Shown one piece after another: positions 28,265-36,769 of a stretch of DNA of 36,769 nt. The translations under genes and the position numbers were made by a program. The notes beneath the pieces are model-generated. The model was not told the origin of the DNA. It made no database searches and saw only the letters and a list, made by a program, of their open reading frames with translations. How positions within the stretch are numbered: the stretch's first letter is position 1; every line of letters begins with the position of its first letter. Source of the DNA: Bdellovibrionales bacterium (GTDB taxonomy: Bacteria; Bdellovibrionota; Bdellovibrionia; Bdellovibrionales; Bdellovibrionaceae); assembly GCA_043732425.1 (NCBI GenBank), contig JAYTHR010000211.1, positions 1 through 36,769 of the forward strand, written 5' to 3'.

Positions 28265-28954
28265 TTATTTGCTCAATTTTAATTTTAATTTATTCATTAA
28301 ATAATCTTCGCCGAATTCGATAAATAAATTGTTCTTGTTTACAAAAGCTTTCATTTGCGTCAAATCAAGTTCATATTGATCGTACTTATTTATGATTGTG
28401 TACTTAACTTTTTTGCTCAGCAATTCTTCAAAAATCTGTACAATTCTGATTGCACTATATCTATAGGGATTGGCAATATCTATTGTCAGACAAGCATCTG
28501 AAAATTTTAAAAATGCCTCCACGAGTGTTTTAACATCCTCGATCTCGATAACGTAGCGATAGGCTTGATTATAAACATCGAAGTCGTGATCGCGTTGTAT
28601 GGCATTGTATATGAAATTTATTAAAGTCTTATGAAGTACCAAGTCACCAAACAGTTGCGGTAATCGAAAAATATAATACTTTTCTGAAATTTGTTTGACT
28701 AAGTTTTCCATTTTCTGCTTGTGCAAATAATAATCCTTCTTGGGATAGCTAGGTGCCGACAAGGCGCAACTGCTGAAATAAACGAATTTTTTATGTATAT
28801 TTTTTTCAAGAGAAACTAAGAGAAGTTGTTTTTCGCGTTCAAACTCGAGTGGATCTGAGCAACTTGAGTTTGATACTCCGCTTGCGAAAATGCAAACATC
28901 GTTCCAATCACCGGTTTTAAAAATCTGTGCTAGTTGTCCACTCCCGATTACCAT
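28265..28954 (-). CDS. Compact NAD(P)-dependent epimerase/reductase-like SDR
   Basis: IGSGQLA, IFASGVSNS, VYFSS, YYLHK (YxxxK), FRLPQLFG; only 229 aa. Confidence 0.8.
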   Translation of the reverse strand: MVIGSGQLAQIFKTGDWNDVCIFASGVSNSSCSDPLEFEREKQLLLVSLEKNIHKKFVYFSSCALSAPSYPKKDYYLHKQKMENLVKQISEKYYIFRLPQLFGDLVLHKTLINFIYNAIQRDHDFDVYNQAYRYVIEIEDVKTLVEAFLKFSDACLTIDIANPYRYSAIRIVQIFEELLSKKVKYTIINKYDQYELDLTQMKAFVNKNNLFIEFGEDYLMNKLKLKLSK

Positions 28955-29146
28955 GGCACCAGTGTATCAGAATTTTGAATATCAAGCGAAACTTTTTTAC
29001 TTCATGTCCCTAGCCAGCACCGATTATTTACAGAGCACAATATGTAAAACTCGAATCCAGGAAATTCATAAAATTTTCCTTGGGATTAGTGCGGATAAGG
29101 TGAGCCTGCATATTGATTAGACCGCCGCCTAGTTTTTTTAAAAATT

Positions 29147-29896
29147 TCAAACACGATTTCCCCGTTTTAATGCTTTGATGATAGCCACCAATAACCCGAT
29201 AAAATACCTCAGGCGACGGTGCAGCAAAAACATTTTTAAAAAGTGACCTGCAACTTCGGCATAAGATTGGGGATTACCTTGTGCTGATTGGGAATGTTTT
29301 CGGTAGCTGAGTAGTATTTTTTCTGAATTTCTAAAAATAACATCTTTATTTTCTAGAAGCCGTAACCAAAGGTCATAATCTTCAGACAAAAGCCCGCCGG
29401 AATACGCCCCGTACTTTAGAATGATTTCTTTTCGAAACATCACACTCGGGTGGCAAAATGCCGACTTAAAAATAAATTTCGACCTGATCTGGTTATTTTC
29501 AACTGGATAGTTAGATACACCTAGAACTTCGCCACTCGCGGAAATAAACTCGACTTGTGAGCCCAGCACGCCGGTTTCAGGGTTTTTTTGAAAAAAATCG
29601 TATTGGGATTTTAATCGATCGGGCTTCATTAAATCATCTTGATCCATTCTTGCAATCAACTCGTACTTCGCCTGATCGATCCCGAAATTCAAATTAAATC
29701 CATGCTGCGGTATTTTAGTGGATATTAGCCGAATTCGAGGATCTGTTAATTTTTTTAACTTTTCGAAGTAGCTCGAGGAGCAGTTGTTTGCAATCAGTAG
29801 CAGTTCAAAAACAACTTCGTTTTGATTTAATACAGACTGAACTGCATCCGCGATATAATTGTCATCTCGATGGGTTGCTAAAATCACGGATATCAT
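29147..29896 (-). CDS. GT2 glycosyltransferase
   Basis: ISVIL, SVLNQ, IARMDQDD, RL..Q, HPSVMFRK, EDYDLWLR; AGGAG SD. Confidence 0.93.
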   Translation of the reverse strand: MISVILATHRDDNYIADAVQSVLNQNEVVFELLLIANNCSSSYFEKLKKLTDPRIRLISTKIPQHGFNLNFGIDQAKYELIARMDQDDLMKPDRLKSQYDFFQKNPETGVLGSQVEFISASGEVLGVSNYPVENNQIRSKFIFKSAFCHPSVMFRKEIILKYGAYSGGLLSEDYDLWLRLLENKDVIFRNSEKILLSYRKHSQSAQGNPQSYAEVAGHFLKMFLLHRRLRYFIGLLVAIIKALKRGNRV

Positions 29897-30065
29897 GGTA
29901 GCTCCTGCTATTTAAACATAATGCCGTTTGCACAATGCTGAATGCCTATTTTTTAATGTTTTTCGTTACGGTACCAAGACGCCCAAGATTTACAGTAATG
30001 ACCGGCCAGGTCAACACAGGCGTGTTAATTAATGTGATTTGAAAAGCCCGGTGCAAAAATTTTCT

Positions 30066-31217
30066 TTAATTAACGCTTAGCTTCGATTGGTAAAGCCTGA
30101 TTAACTCTTCAAAATGATTTTCGCCATTGTAATCATGAATTGCGTTATCATAAGCAGCTTGACTTAATTTATTACGCAACGCCGTATCCGATGCCAACGT
30201 AAGCATGGCATTGCTCAATTCTGCAATATTTCCCGGAGGAACAAGTATTCCTGTGACTCCGTTTTTAATTGAGTCCACAAGTCCGGGTATGTTCGTGCCG
30301 ATACTAGGAAGTCCCATAGCTGCAGCTTCGATGACTGTTGTTCCAAATCCTTCGCGGTAGCTTGGAAGACAGAAAATATCTGAAGCTGCGAAGTAAATTT
30401 CTGGATTTTCAGTTTTGGGTAAGTTAATGATCTCGGCGTTCGATGAAGTTATTAGATTTTCGATCATTCCGTCCGATTCGTCCGGTCCAACTAATAAAAG
30501 ACGAATTTTTTTTATCTGGCTGCAAGCAATACAATATCCTTCGATGAGATCTAAGACACCCTTATCTCGGCATTTTCGCCCAACGAATAGAAACACAACT
30601 TCGTCGTCTCCAATTCCAAGTTTGTCACGTGTTATACGACGGGTAGGCCTTACATCTTTTCTAGAGAACTGGTTCAGGTTTACCCCGCTCAGCGAGCCTT
30701 TAAGCAGAACAGGAAGTGGGGATCCATGATTATCAATTCCATTTTCAAAAAGAAATTGAGACTGCGAGTAGCTGTCGGTTAGAGTTACCACATTGAGTTT
30801 GACAACTAATTTATCAAGAAGTTTTAAGAAGTGCCTGGAGAGCCCGGTAGCCGTGGCCCAGCGCTGGCCGGTAAAAGTGTGTATTCGAACAGGAACTCGG
30901 CTCAGACTGCCGGCTAGGGCGCAGAGTAGCCCTGCTTTTGGCATAATCGAATGAACAACATCTGGCTTCTCTTTCGCAAAGATAAAAATTAATAATATCA
31001 ATGCATAAAAATCTCTTAATGGTGAAATTTCGCGTGCTATTGGAACGTTAATAAATCGAACCGAAGGATAAAAGGAAGCCAGGCTTTCTACATTGTCTCC
31101 CAGTACGATTGTTGAAAAAGTGTTTGGAAGGTAATGAAAATAATTTTTTAGATGAAACGTGGCTGCATCGTGTGTAGTTACGACACGAACCACTTTCGTA
31201 AGCTTCGTACTATTCAT
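30066..31217 (-). CDS. GT4 glycosyltransferase
   Basis: VHSIMPKAGLL, HTFTG, FVGR...DKG, LPSYREGFG...IEA (EX7E), IPGL.D; ATG 31217 overlaps the upstream stop. Confidence 0.93.
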   Translation of the reverse strand: MNSTKLTKVVRVVTTHDAATFHLKNYFHYLPNTFSTIVLGDNVESLASFYPSVRFINVPIAREISPLRDFYALILLIFIFAKEKPDVVHSIMPKAGLLCALAGSLSRVPVRIHTFTGQRWATATGLSRHFLKLLDKLVVKLNVVTLTDSYSQSQFLFENGIDNHGSPLPVLLKGSLSGVNLNQFSRKDVRPTRRITRDKLGIGDDEVVFLFVGRKCRDKGVLDLIEGYCIACSQIKKIRLLLVGPDESDGMIENLITSSNAEIINLPKTENPEIYFAASDIFCLPSYREGFGTTVIEAAAMGLPSIGTNIPGLVDSIKNGVTGILVPPGNIAELSNAMLTLASDTALRNKLSQAAYDNAIHDYNGENHFEELIRLYQSKLSVN

Positions 31218-32616
31218 TTGATGAATTATCATCAGAATTCAATAAGGTTTTTTTAGGTTTTATTTTTAAGCGAAAAAAATATTTTCTATTTTCAAAACTC
31301 GCAGCGATGGCAACCGATAAAATAAATATCCACCACGGATAGCGATAGCGATTGTTAACAATAAGAAAGGGGCTGGTTAGCCCTGTAAATATAAGCACCG
31401 CGCTAGCCGTGAGGAGTGAAATAATTAATTCTAATTTTATTTTACGCATAAAAAGAAGGCAAAAAAGCAGCGGAAATGTCAGGTAAAACAAAATCAATTC
31501 AGGGATGGGAAATTTCAAAATAATTGATGTTTTTTGTTTAAACATGGGGATCCAGGTATCTGGCCATGGCTGAAAAAAACTTATCTGAATTGCCCTAGGT
31601 ATGTAGAGCAATATCTCCTCGATTGACTTAAAAAAAATATTTGAATCTACGGTAGCGAACACGACCGTAGGATTTGGATTTGAGGTTAAAACTGCAAGAT
31701 TGAAGCACCGCTGGCCAGATATGGCCTGAAATTTTTTAATTAATGAATCTGGAAGAAAAGTGAATGAAGTGTGAAATTGCATTGTGTATGCTAGGCATTT
31801 GCTCGCCACAGTGTCTGCACTCTCCACATAACCTAAAAGCTGAGAATTGGATTTAAAGTCAGTGAATCTTTCAAATGTAATCGCGGAACGAGACGAGTCT
31901 GGTATTTTTATAATGATTAGGACGAATAGAACCACTAAGGAATTTCGTATAAAGGAAAATTTTCGATCCTTGCTAAAAAGAAGGAAAGCAAAATTAGCTA
32001 TTAGGCAATAAAAAATAAGTTGAAGTAAGTAAGACCTTACCAGATAAATCAGGCTAATTCCTGCAGCCATAATTAAAAAGCTCTGAAGTAGATTAGCAAT
32101 ACTTTTCTTTCTCGAGGCAGCGGGGTTAATGATTCGCAGATATCCAAGAAGAAATAAAAATATACCGCAAATGCTGTAAGAATCTTTATTGGTCTCCGCA
32201 AACCAGTACATCATTCCTACAGATAGCGCAAAAGGAGCGCAGGCTGCGAGTGCTGATTTTTCGCTGAAATATAAGCGAAGAATTTGGAAGAGGGCAGTTA
32301 CGGAGATAATGTGCAGGAGGCTATTTACTAAAATCACCCAACCGAGTGTTCCAGTAAAATAATAGAGAATACTGGCAATTCCTGCAGAACCATGTCCATC
32401 GGGTTGAAACTGAAATACGCTCCAGCCTTGAGTCTTCATTTGATTGGCTTGGAATATTGCGGCTTTTGCGTACTCGAGCGTGTCGCCAACGATTTCGCCC
32501 ATTTCGGAAGTTGCAAATTTCGGTATTATAAAAAACCGAAAAAAGCAAAGAATTACAAACGTGTAAACGACGGTAAAAATAAGTGCAAAACGCGTTTTTC
32601 TTTTGTGCTCAAACAT
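31210..32616 (-). CDS. Polytopic membrane protein with large loop; candidate Wzy polymerase or GT-C transferase
   Basis: About 10-12 TM segments, GD..EY in the first loop, KDS motif, long hydrophilic loop, C-terminal N.RYR; ATG at 32616 preferred over the track start. Confidence 0.55.
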   Translation of the reverse strand: MFEHKRKTRFALIFTVVYTFVILCFFRFFIIPKFATSEMGEIVGDTLEYAKAAIFQANQMKTQGWSVFQFQPDGHGSAGIASILYYFTGTLGWVILVNSLLHIISVTALFQILRLYFSEKSALAACAPFALSVGMMYWFAETNKDSYSICGIFLFLLGYLRIINPAASRKKSIANLLQSFLIMAAGISLIYLVRSYLLQLIFYCLIANFAFLLFSKDRKFSFIRNSLVVLFVLIIIKIPDSSRSAITFERFTDFKSNSQLLGYVESADTVASKCLAYTMQFHTSFTFLPDSLIKKFQAISGQRCFNLAVLTSNPNPTVVFATVDSNIFFKSIEEILLYIPRAIQISFFQPWPDTWIPMFKQKTSIILKFPIPELILFYLTFPLLFCLLFMRKIKLELIISLLTASAVLIFTGLTSPFLIVNNRYRYPWWIFILSVAIAASFENRKYFFRLKIKPKKTLLNSDDNSSNE

Positions 32617-32690
32617 TTGAATAGAATATTCAAATTTTATAAAATTAGAAAGGAAAATATGAGTTCGCGAAAACTGGCACAATTACGTTT

Positions 32691-33569
32691 TCAGTTTGAG
32701 ATAGAAGCAATCATTGCTCTTAAGCCTTCTTCAGTCGAATAGGGTGGGACGTAGCCGGTTACTGTATTCGTTAAAATCGAATTATAGCTTAAACTTGAAT
32801 AAAGTTTAGACATGAAGTGCGGGAATAGCCAATAGAGCACTTGTTTTATTAATTTCGGTAATTTAAAATTCAAAATTCTCGTATTTGCAAGCTTTGCAAT
32901 AATGAACGCAAGCTCGCTGACACTGATGGGCTTTTTATCCTGAGGTAAGAGAACCCCATCGATCTTTCTTCTTATAACGATGTCAATAAAATGAGTCAGG
33001 TTTAAAATATAAATTAAGCTTCTCTCGTTTTCTGCATTCTTCAGAGGAAGCAGACCAATAATTTTAATCAAGCGAGCCAACGTTTTTAAGTTCCCCTTGC
33101 AACCCGCACCGTAAACCATGGGTGAGCGGATTATCGTGACAATAAAATGATCGTTGCTTAAGGCAGTCAGCGCATTTTCGGCCATAAGTTTACTACGGCC
33201 GTAAGCGTTATTCGGGTGGCAAGCGGACTTTTCAGTTAAATTCAAATTGGATTCATCTTTTTTTGAAATTCCGTATACCGACGATGTGCTTAGGAATATG
33301 AAATGGCGCACATTTTGAGATCGGGCCTGTTTTGCCAGATTAACTGTCTGCGTGACATTCACACGAACATAGTTCTGAAAATTTTTCTCGCTCTTATTAT
33401 GAACCAGCCCGCTTGTATGGAGTACTACGTGTGTTTCATTAAAATCAATTTCAGAGATTGGCGTTTTTGATAGGCTTACGGCCTTGATAATGTAATTTCT
33501 AAAATACGAATTGATAAAAGAACTTCCAATAAAACCCGTTGCACCAGTAACGATTATTTTAGGATTTAC
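32691..33569 (-). CDS. NAD-dependent epimerase/4-reductase (WbpV/WbpK-like) lacking a canonical start codon
   Basis: Frame stays open upstream of the track GTG (33362) through VNPKIIVTGATGFIG to a TAA at 33599-33597; FLSTSSVYG, YGRSK, IRSPMVYG.GCKGN, RSLIYI.NL. Confidence 0.85.
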   Translation of the reverse strand, partial: VNPKIIVTGATGFIGSSFINSYFRNYIIKAVSLSKTPISEIDFNETHVVLHTSGLVHNKSEKNFQNYVRVNVTQTVNLAKQARSQNVRHFIFLSTSSVYGISKKDESNLNLTEKSACHPNNAYGRSKLMAENALTALSNDHFIVTIIRSPMVYGAGCKGNLKTLARLIKIIGLLPLKNAENERSLIYILNLTHFIDIVIRRKIDGVLLPQDKKPISVSELAFIIAKLANTRILNFKLPKLIKQVLYWLFPHFMSKLYSSLSYNSILTNTVTGYVPPYSTEEGLRAMIASISN

Positions 33570-33574
33570 TTGGC

Positions 33575-34144
33575 TTAGTGCGATACGCTTTCCCTTTTAA
33601 AAACTTTATAGACAGTTAAAAAGACAATCTTTAAATCAAATAACAGATTAGCGTTGTTCAAATAGTATAAATCTAATTCAACTTTATGTGATAATGTTAA
33701 TTCGTCACGGCCATTAACCTGTGCCCATCCAGTTAAGCCTGGCTTGAGGGTGTGAATCTTATGATTTGTGCGCATTTCGATCAGATCAAATTGATTAAAC
33801 AGCGCGGGTCGCGGACCAACCATGCTCATGGACCCAGTCAGGACACTTAAAATTTGCGGAATTTCATCTAGGCTGGTCTGCCGGAGTATTATCCCGAATG
33901 GCGTCAGATACATTTTTGGGTTTATTAAGAGGTGAGTTGCGACTTGAGGTGTATCGATACGCATGGTACGAAATTTGGGCATCTTGAATATCTGGTTGTT
34001 AATTCCTACTCGGTCAGACCAGATTAAGGCAGGACCCCTTGATGTAAATTTTATTATTAAACAGATCGGAATAAATAGAAAAAGCACAAATGGAAGTGCT
34101 AATGTTGCAAATATAATATCGAAAATTCTTTTAGAAATAGGCAT
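33575..34144 (-). CDS. Small monotopic phosphoglycosyl transferase (PglC/WecP-like initiating enzyme)
   Basis: KRIFDI, RVG, KFRTM, SLDEIPQ, MSMVGPRP, KPGLTGWAQVNGR, D..Y. Confidence 0.93.
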   Translation of the reverse strand: MPISKRIFDIIFATLALPFVLFLFIPICLIIKFTSRGPALIWSDRVGINNQIFKMPKFRTMRIDTPQVATHLLINPKMYLTPFGIILRQTSLDEIPQILSVLTGSMSMVGPRPALFNQFDLIEMRTNHKIHTLKPGLTGWAQVNGRDELTLSHKVELDLYYLNNANLLFDLKIVFLTVYKVFKRESVSH

Positions 34145-34189
34145 CAAGTGATTCCATTTTTTAATTTACCAGACTAGGATACAGATAAA

Positions 34190-36052
34190 ATGTTATATAA
34201 ATTTATCTCGCTGCCAAGAAAAATTAAAATGTTTGTGGCAATGCTCAGCGACCTGATTCTTTTGCCACTTGCTTTTTGGTCAGCAATTGCTTTGCGATTG
34301 GGCACTTTTGATTTTCCGGTTAAACCAATTGGTTACATATTTTTAATAATTGGCATTTCTACAATTCCTATATTTTTACGGCTCGGGCTTTACAGAGCGG
34401 TCATTCGCTTCTTCGACGAAAAAATCATTTTCACAATAATCTTGGGAGTTTCACTTTCGGCTGTTTTTATTTCTGCCGCAGTTTTCATGTTTCAGGCCAG
34501 CGGATTACCTCGTTCATCGATCATAATTTATTGGGTTCTGTCTGTACTATATATCACAACGAGTCGTTATTTAGCGAGAGGGTTAATACGGTCGATTGAG
34601 CGACGCTCTCGACCAAGACAACGAATTGCAATTTACGGTGCTGGAAGAGCAGGATTACAGACAGCTCTTGCACTTTTTTCATCAAACGAATTTTTGCCAG
34701 TGCTTTTTTTCGATGATAATTCCGAACTGCAAGGATCTTCCATTGTCGGACTACGCGTTCATAACCCCGAGAATGCCTTCGATATTTTAGAGGCTAACAG
34801 TTGTGATCAACTTTTGTTCGCGATTCCATCAGTGAAAATGAAAAGAAGGAAAGAAATAATCCAACGATTTGCCCAGAGGGGAATCGAATTAAAAACAATA
34901 CCTGGAATCAGTGAAATTGTAGTGGGAACTATTAAGATTGATGATATCCGGGAGGTTGGCATTGAGGATTTACTGGGACGCGATCCAGTTCCACCAGATG
35001 AAAATTTAATAAAGCAAAATATAAAAAATAAAGTGGTCATGGTTACCGGGGCGGGCGGATCAATTGGATCGGAGTTGTGTCGTCAAATCATACTGCGAGA
35101 TCCTCGAAAAATCGTTCTTATCGAGATGAGTGAATTTGCGCTTTATTCTTTAGTCACTGAGCTAAAGGAAAACCACCACTCAAGTAATATTATCGCTGCC
35201 TTAGGGAGCATTACTGACAAGAGATTTTTGTCATCGGTCATCAAAGAGCATGGGGTTCAGACATTATACCATGCCGCCGCTTACAAACATGTGCCGATTG
35301 TTGAATCGAATATTATTGCTGGCGTCCTCAATAACGTTTTTGGAACATTAAGAACTGCGCAGGCTGCGCTGGCTGCGGGTGTCGAAAATTTTGTTTTAAT
35401 CTCAACGGATAAGGCCGTACGGCCAACCAATGTTATGGGCGCTACAAAGCGAGTTGCAGAAATGATATTACAGGCTCTAGCAGTTGGGCCTAATAACAAG
35501 ACGGTATTTTCGATGGTTCGATTCGGTAATGTCCTTGGATCCTCTGGCTCTGTGGTGCCCCTTTTTAAATCTCAAATAAAAAAGGGTGGACCGATTACGG
35601 TAACACACCCTGACATTACCAGGTATTTCATGACGATCCCCGAGGCCACAGAGTTAGTCTTACAGGCGGGAAGTATGAGCCAAGGGGGAGACCTTTTTGT
35701 TCTTGATATGGGCGAGCCGGTCCGTATTTTGGATTTAGCTCGAAAAATGATTCAACTTAGCGGTTATGTGGTTCAAGACGAGCAAAATATAAATGGTGAT
35801 ATAGCTATAGAATTTGTTGGCCTGCGACCGGGAGAGAAACTTTACGAAGAACTGTTGATCGGTGAAAACGTGAGCCAGACAAAGCATCCCCGAATTATGT
35901 GGGCGCAAGAAGAATTTATTCCGATGGAATTATTAGATGATTTATTAAATAGTTTACTTCAATGCTGTAAAAATGGTGAGGTTGATGAAATACCAAAACT
36001 TCTTAAACTGATTGTTAAGGAATATAATTCATCAAATTTTAAGCTCGTTTAA
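34190..36052 (+). CDS. Membrane-anchored UDP-GlcNAc 4,6-dehydratase (WbpM/PglF/CapD family)
   Basis: Four N-terminal TMs, IYGAG.AG, EDLLGR, VTGAGGSIGSELCRQ, HAAAYKHVP, STDKAVRPTNVMGATKR, VRFGNVLGSSGSV, GLRPGEKLYEEL. Confidence 0.96.
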   Translation: MLYKFISLPRKIKMFVAMLSDLILLPLAFWSAIALRLGTFDFPVKPIGYIFLIIGISTIPIFLRLGLYRAVIRFFDEKIIFTIILGVSLSAVFISAAVFMFQASGLPRSSIIIYWVLSVLYITTSRYLARGLIRSIERRSRPRQRIAIYGAGRAGLQTALALFSSNEFLPVLFFDDNSELQGSSIVGLRVHNPENAFDILEANSCDQLLFAIPSVKMKRRKEIIQRFAQRGIELKTIPGISEIVVGTIKIDDIREVGIEDLLGRDPVPPDENLIKQNIKNKVVMVTGAGGSIGSELCRQIILRDPRKIVLIEMSEFALYSLVTELKENHHSSNIIAALGSITDKRFLSSVIKEHGVQTLYHAAAYKHVPIVESNIIAGVLNNVFGTLRTAQAALAAGVENFVLISTDKAVRPTNVMGATKRVAEMILQALAVGPNNKTVFSMVRFGNVLGSSGSVVPLFKSQIKKGGPITVTHPDITRYFMTIPEATELVLQAGSMSQGGDLFVLDMGEPVRILDLARKMIQLSGYVVQDEQNINGDIAIEFVGLRPGEKLYEELLIGENVSQTKHPRIMWAQEEFIPMELLDDLLNSLLQCCKNGEVDEIPKLLKLIVKEYNSSNFKLV

Positions 36053-36128
36053 TAAAATACTTACTTTATACGAAATTTTGAACTGCGGTTAATACCTGAT
36101 CTACTCATTCCAAGGAGCCATTATCAAA

Positions 36129-36769
36129 TTGCCCGAATCAAGTCCTGCAGAAAGGCCCGATTTTTTAGAAGGTATGCGTGGCTTAGCTGCTTGGTTTGTA
36201 GTTGGGGGACACACACTCAATACTTTTTTTTCCGGCAATCACACATGCGACTGATAATTTTAAGTTAATTGAAAATCTCAGTTTTACTCAAAAATTAATA
36301 GCGTACACCCCACTCGGGCTTCCATTTCGTGCTCATTTTGCAGTGTTATTTTTTTTCGTACACAGTGGATTAGTACTTAGTTTTAAATACTTTACTCAGC
36401 CAAATGAAATGGCCTATTTGCGAGGCGCTGCGGTTCGAAGATATTTTAGATTGGCCATCCCAGCCTGCGGTTCGATTTTGATAGCTTACGCTTGTTCAAA
36501 GTTTCAATTTTTTAATTCTACACAGGTTGCATCGATTACAGAAAGCTCCTGGCTAAGAAATCAGTTTATTTTTGAACCTAATTTCCTGGAAGCTTTAAAG
36601 CAAGGTGTGTACTCGCAATATTTTTTGGAATCAATTCCGGTAGGGCTTAATTATAATAGTTCTCTTTGGACAATTAGAGCCGAACTGCTCGGATCGTTAA
36701 TGGTTTTTTGCTACCTTGCTTGCTTTGGCAAACACGTAAAAAGACTGGCTTTTTATCTTTGCTTCATCT
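36129..36769 (+). pseudogene. Acyltransferase-3 (OafA-like) gene frameshifted at a T8 tract; runs off the window end
   Basis: First frame LEGMRGLAAWFVVGGH stops at TGA 36252-36254; the next frame carries FAVLFFFVHSG.VL, RRYFRLAIP and YNSSLWTI.AEL.GS. Removing one T from 36224-36231 joins them. AAGGAG SD at 36112-36117. Confidence 0.85.

Noticed and set aside
29115-29131. GGCGGT on the minus strand as an ops/JUMPstart element
   Set aside because: Reads GGCGGTCTAAT rather than GGCGGTAG and is not at the head of a long operon.
28167-34189. Recombinase-driven invertible segment covering the minus-strand block
   Set aside because: No clear inverted repeats at the two ends and no recombinase in the window.
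2369-35499. Remaining short track ORFs (e.g. 2369-2590, 8296-8562, 9773-10003, 10725-11009, 16438-16878, 28890-29120, 30415-30729, 32392-32742, 35281-35499)
   Set aside because: They overlap well-supported genes or promoter regions in other frames and show no recognisable protein features.

Overview
Core-chromosome window, most likely from a Bdellovibrionota (Bdellovibrio/Pseudobdellovibrio-like) bacterium; this taxonomy is inferred from gene content and order, not from a search. Positions 1-14.5 kb hold the thrS(3' end)-infC-rpmI-rplT-pheS-pheT-ihfA-merR translation cluster, interrupted twice: once by two small exported proteins, and once by a mevalonate operon (IDI-2, class II HMG-CoA reductase, PMK-like GHMP kinase, MvaD, MVK; no HMG-CoA synthase) that ends in a polyprenol-phosphate-mannose synthase-like gene, followed by two RNA methyltransferases. 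Positions 15.5-36.8 kb are a mosaic surface-polysaccharide (O-antigen-like) locus: manC, a lone pstB, galU, rmlDBAC, gmd, an atypical fcl-like SDR, a VioB-like acyltransferase, an uncharacterised cupin, a DegT aminotransferase, an unclassified GT, a flippase, an opposite-strand block (SDRs, GT2, GT4, Wzy/GT-C-like protein, phosphoglycosyl transferase), a WbpM/PglF-like dehydratase and an AT3/OafA acyltransferase frameshifted at a T8 tract. I found no CRISPR, tRNA/rRNA or transposase. No single unambiguous new system is demonstrable. The best leads are a possibly novel GDP-amino-sugar pathway, the MVA/polyprenol-P-mannose coupling, the orphan pstB, non-canonical start codons (infC ATT; an epimerase with no ATG/GTG/TTG before its Rossmann motif), recurrent leaderless promoter geometry and the frameshifted acyltransferase.
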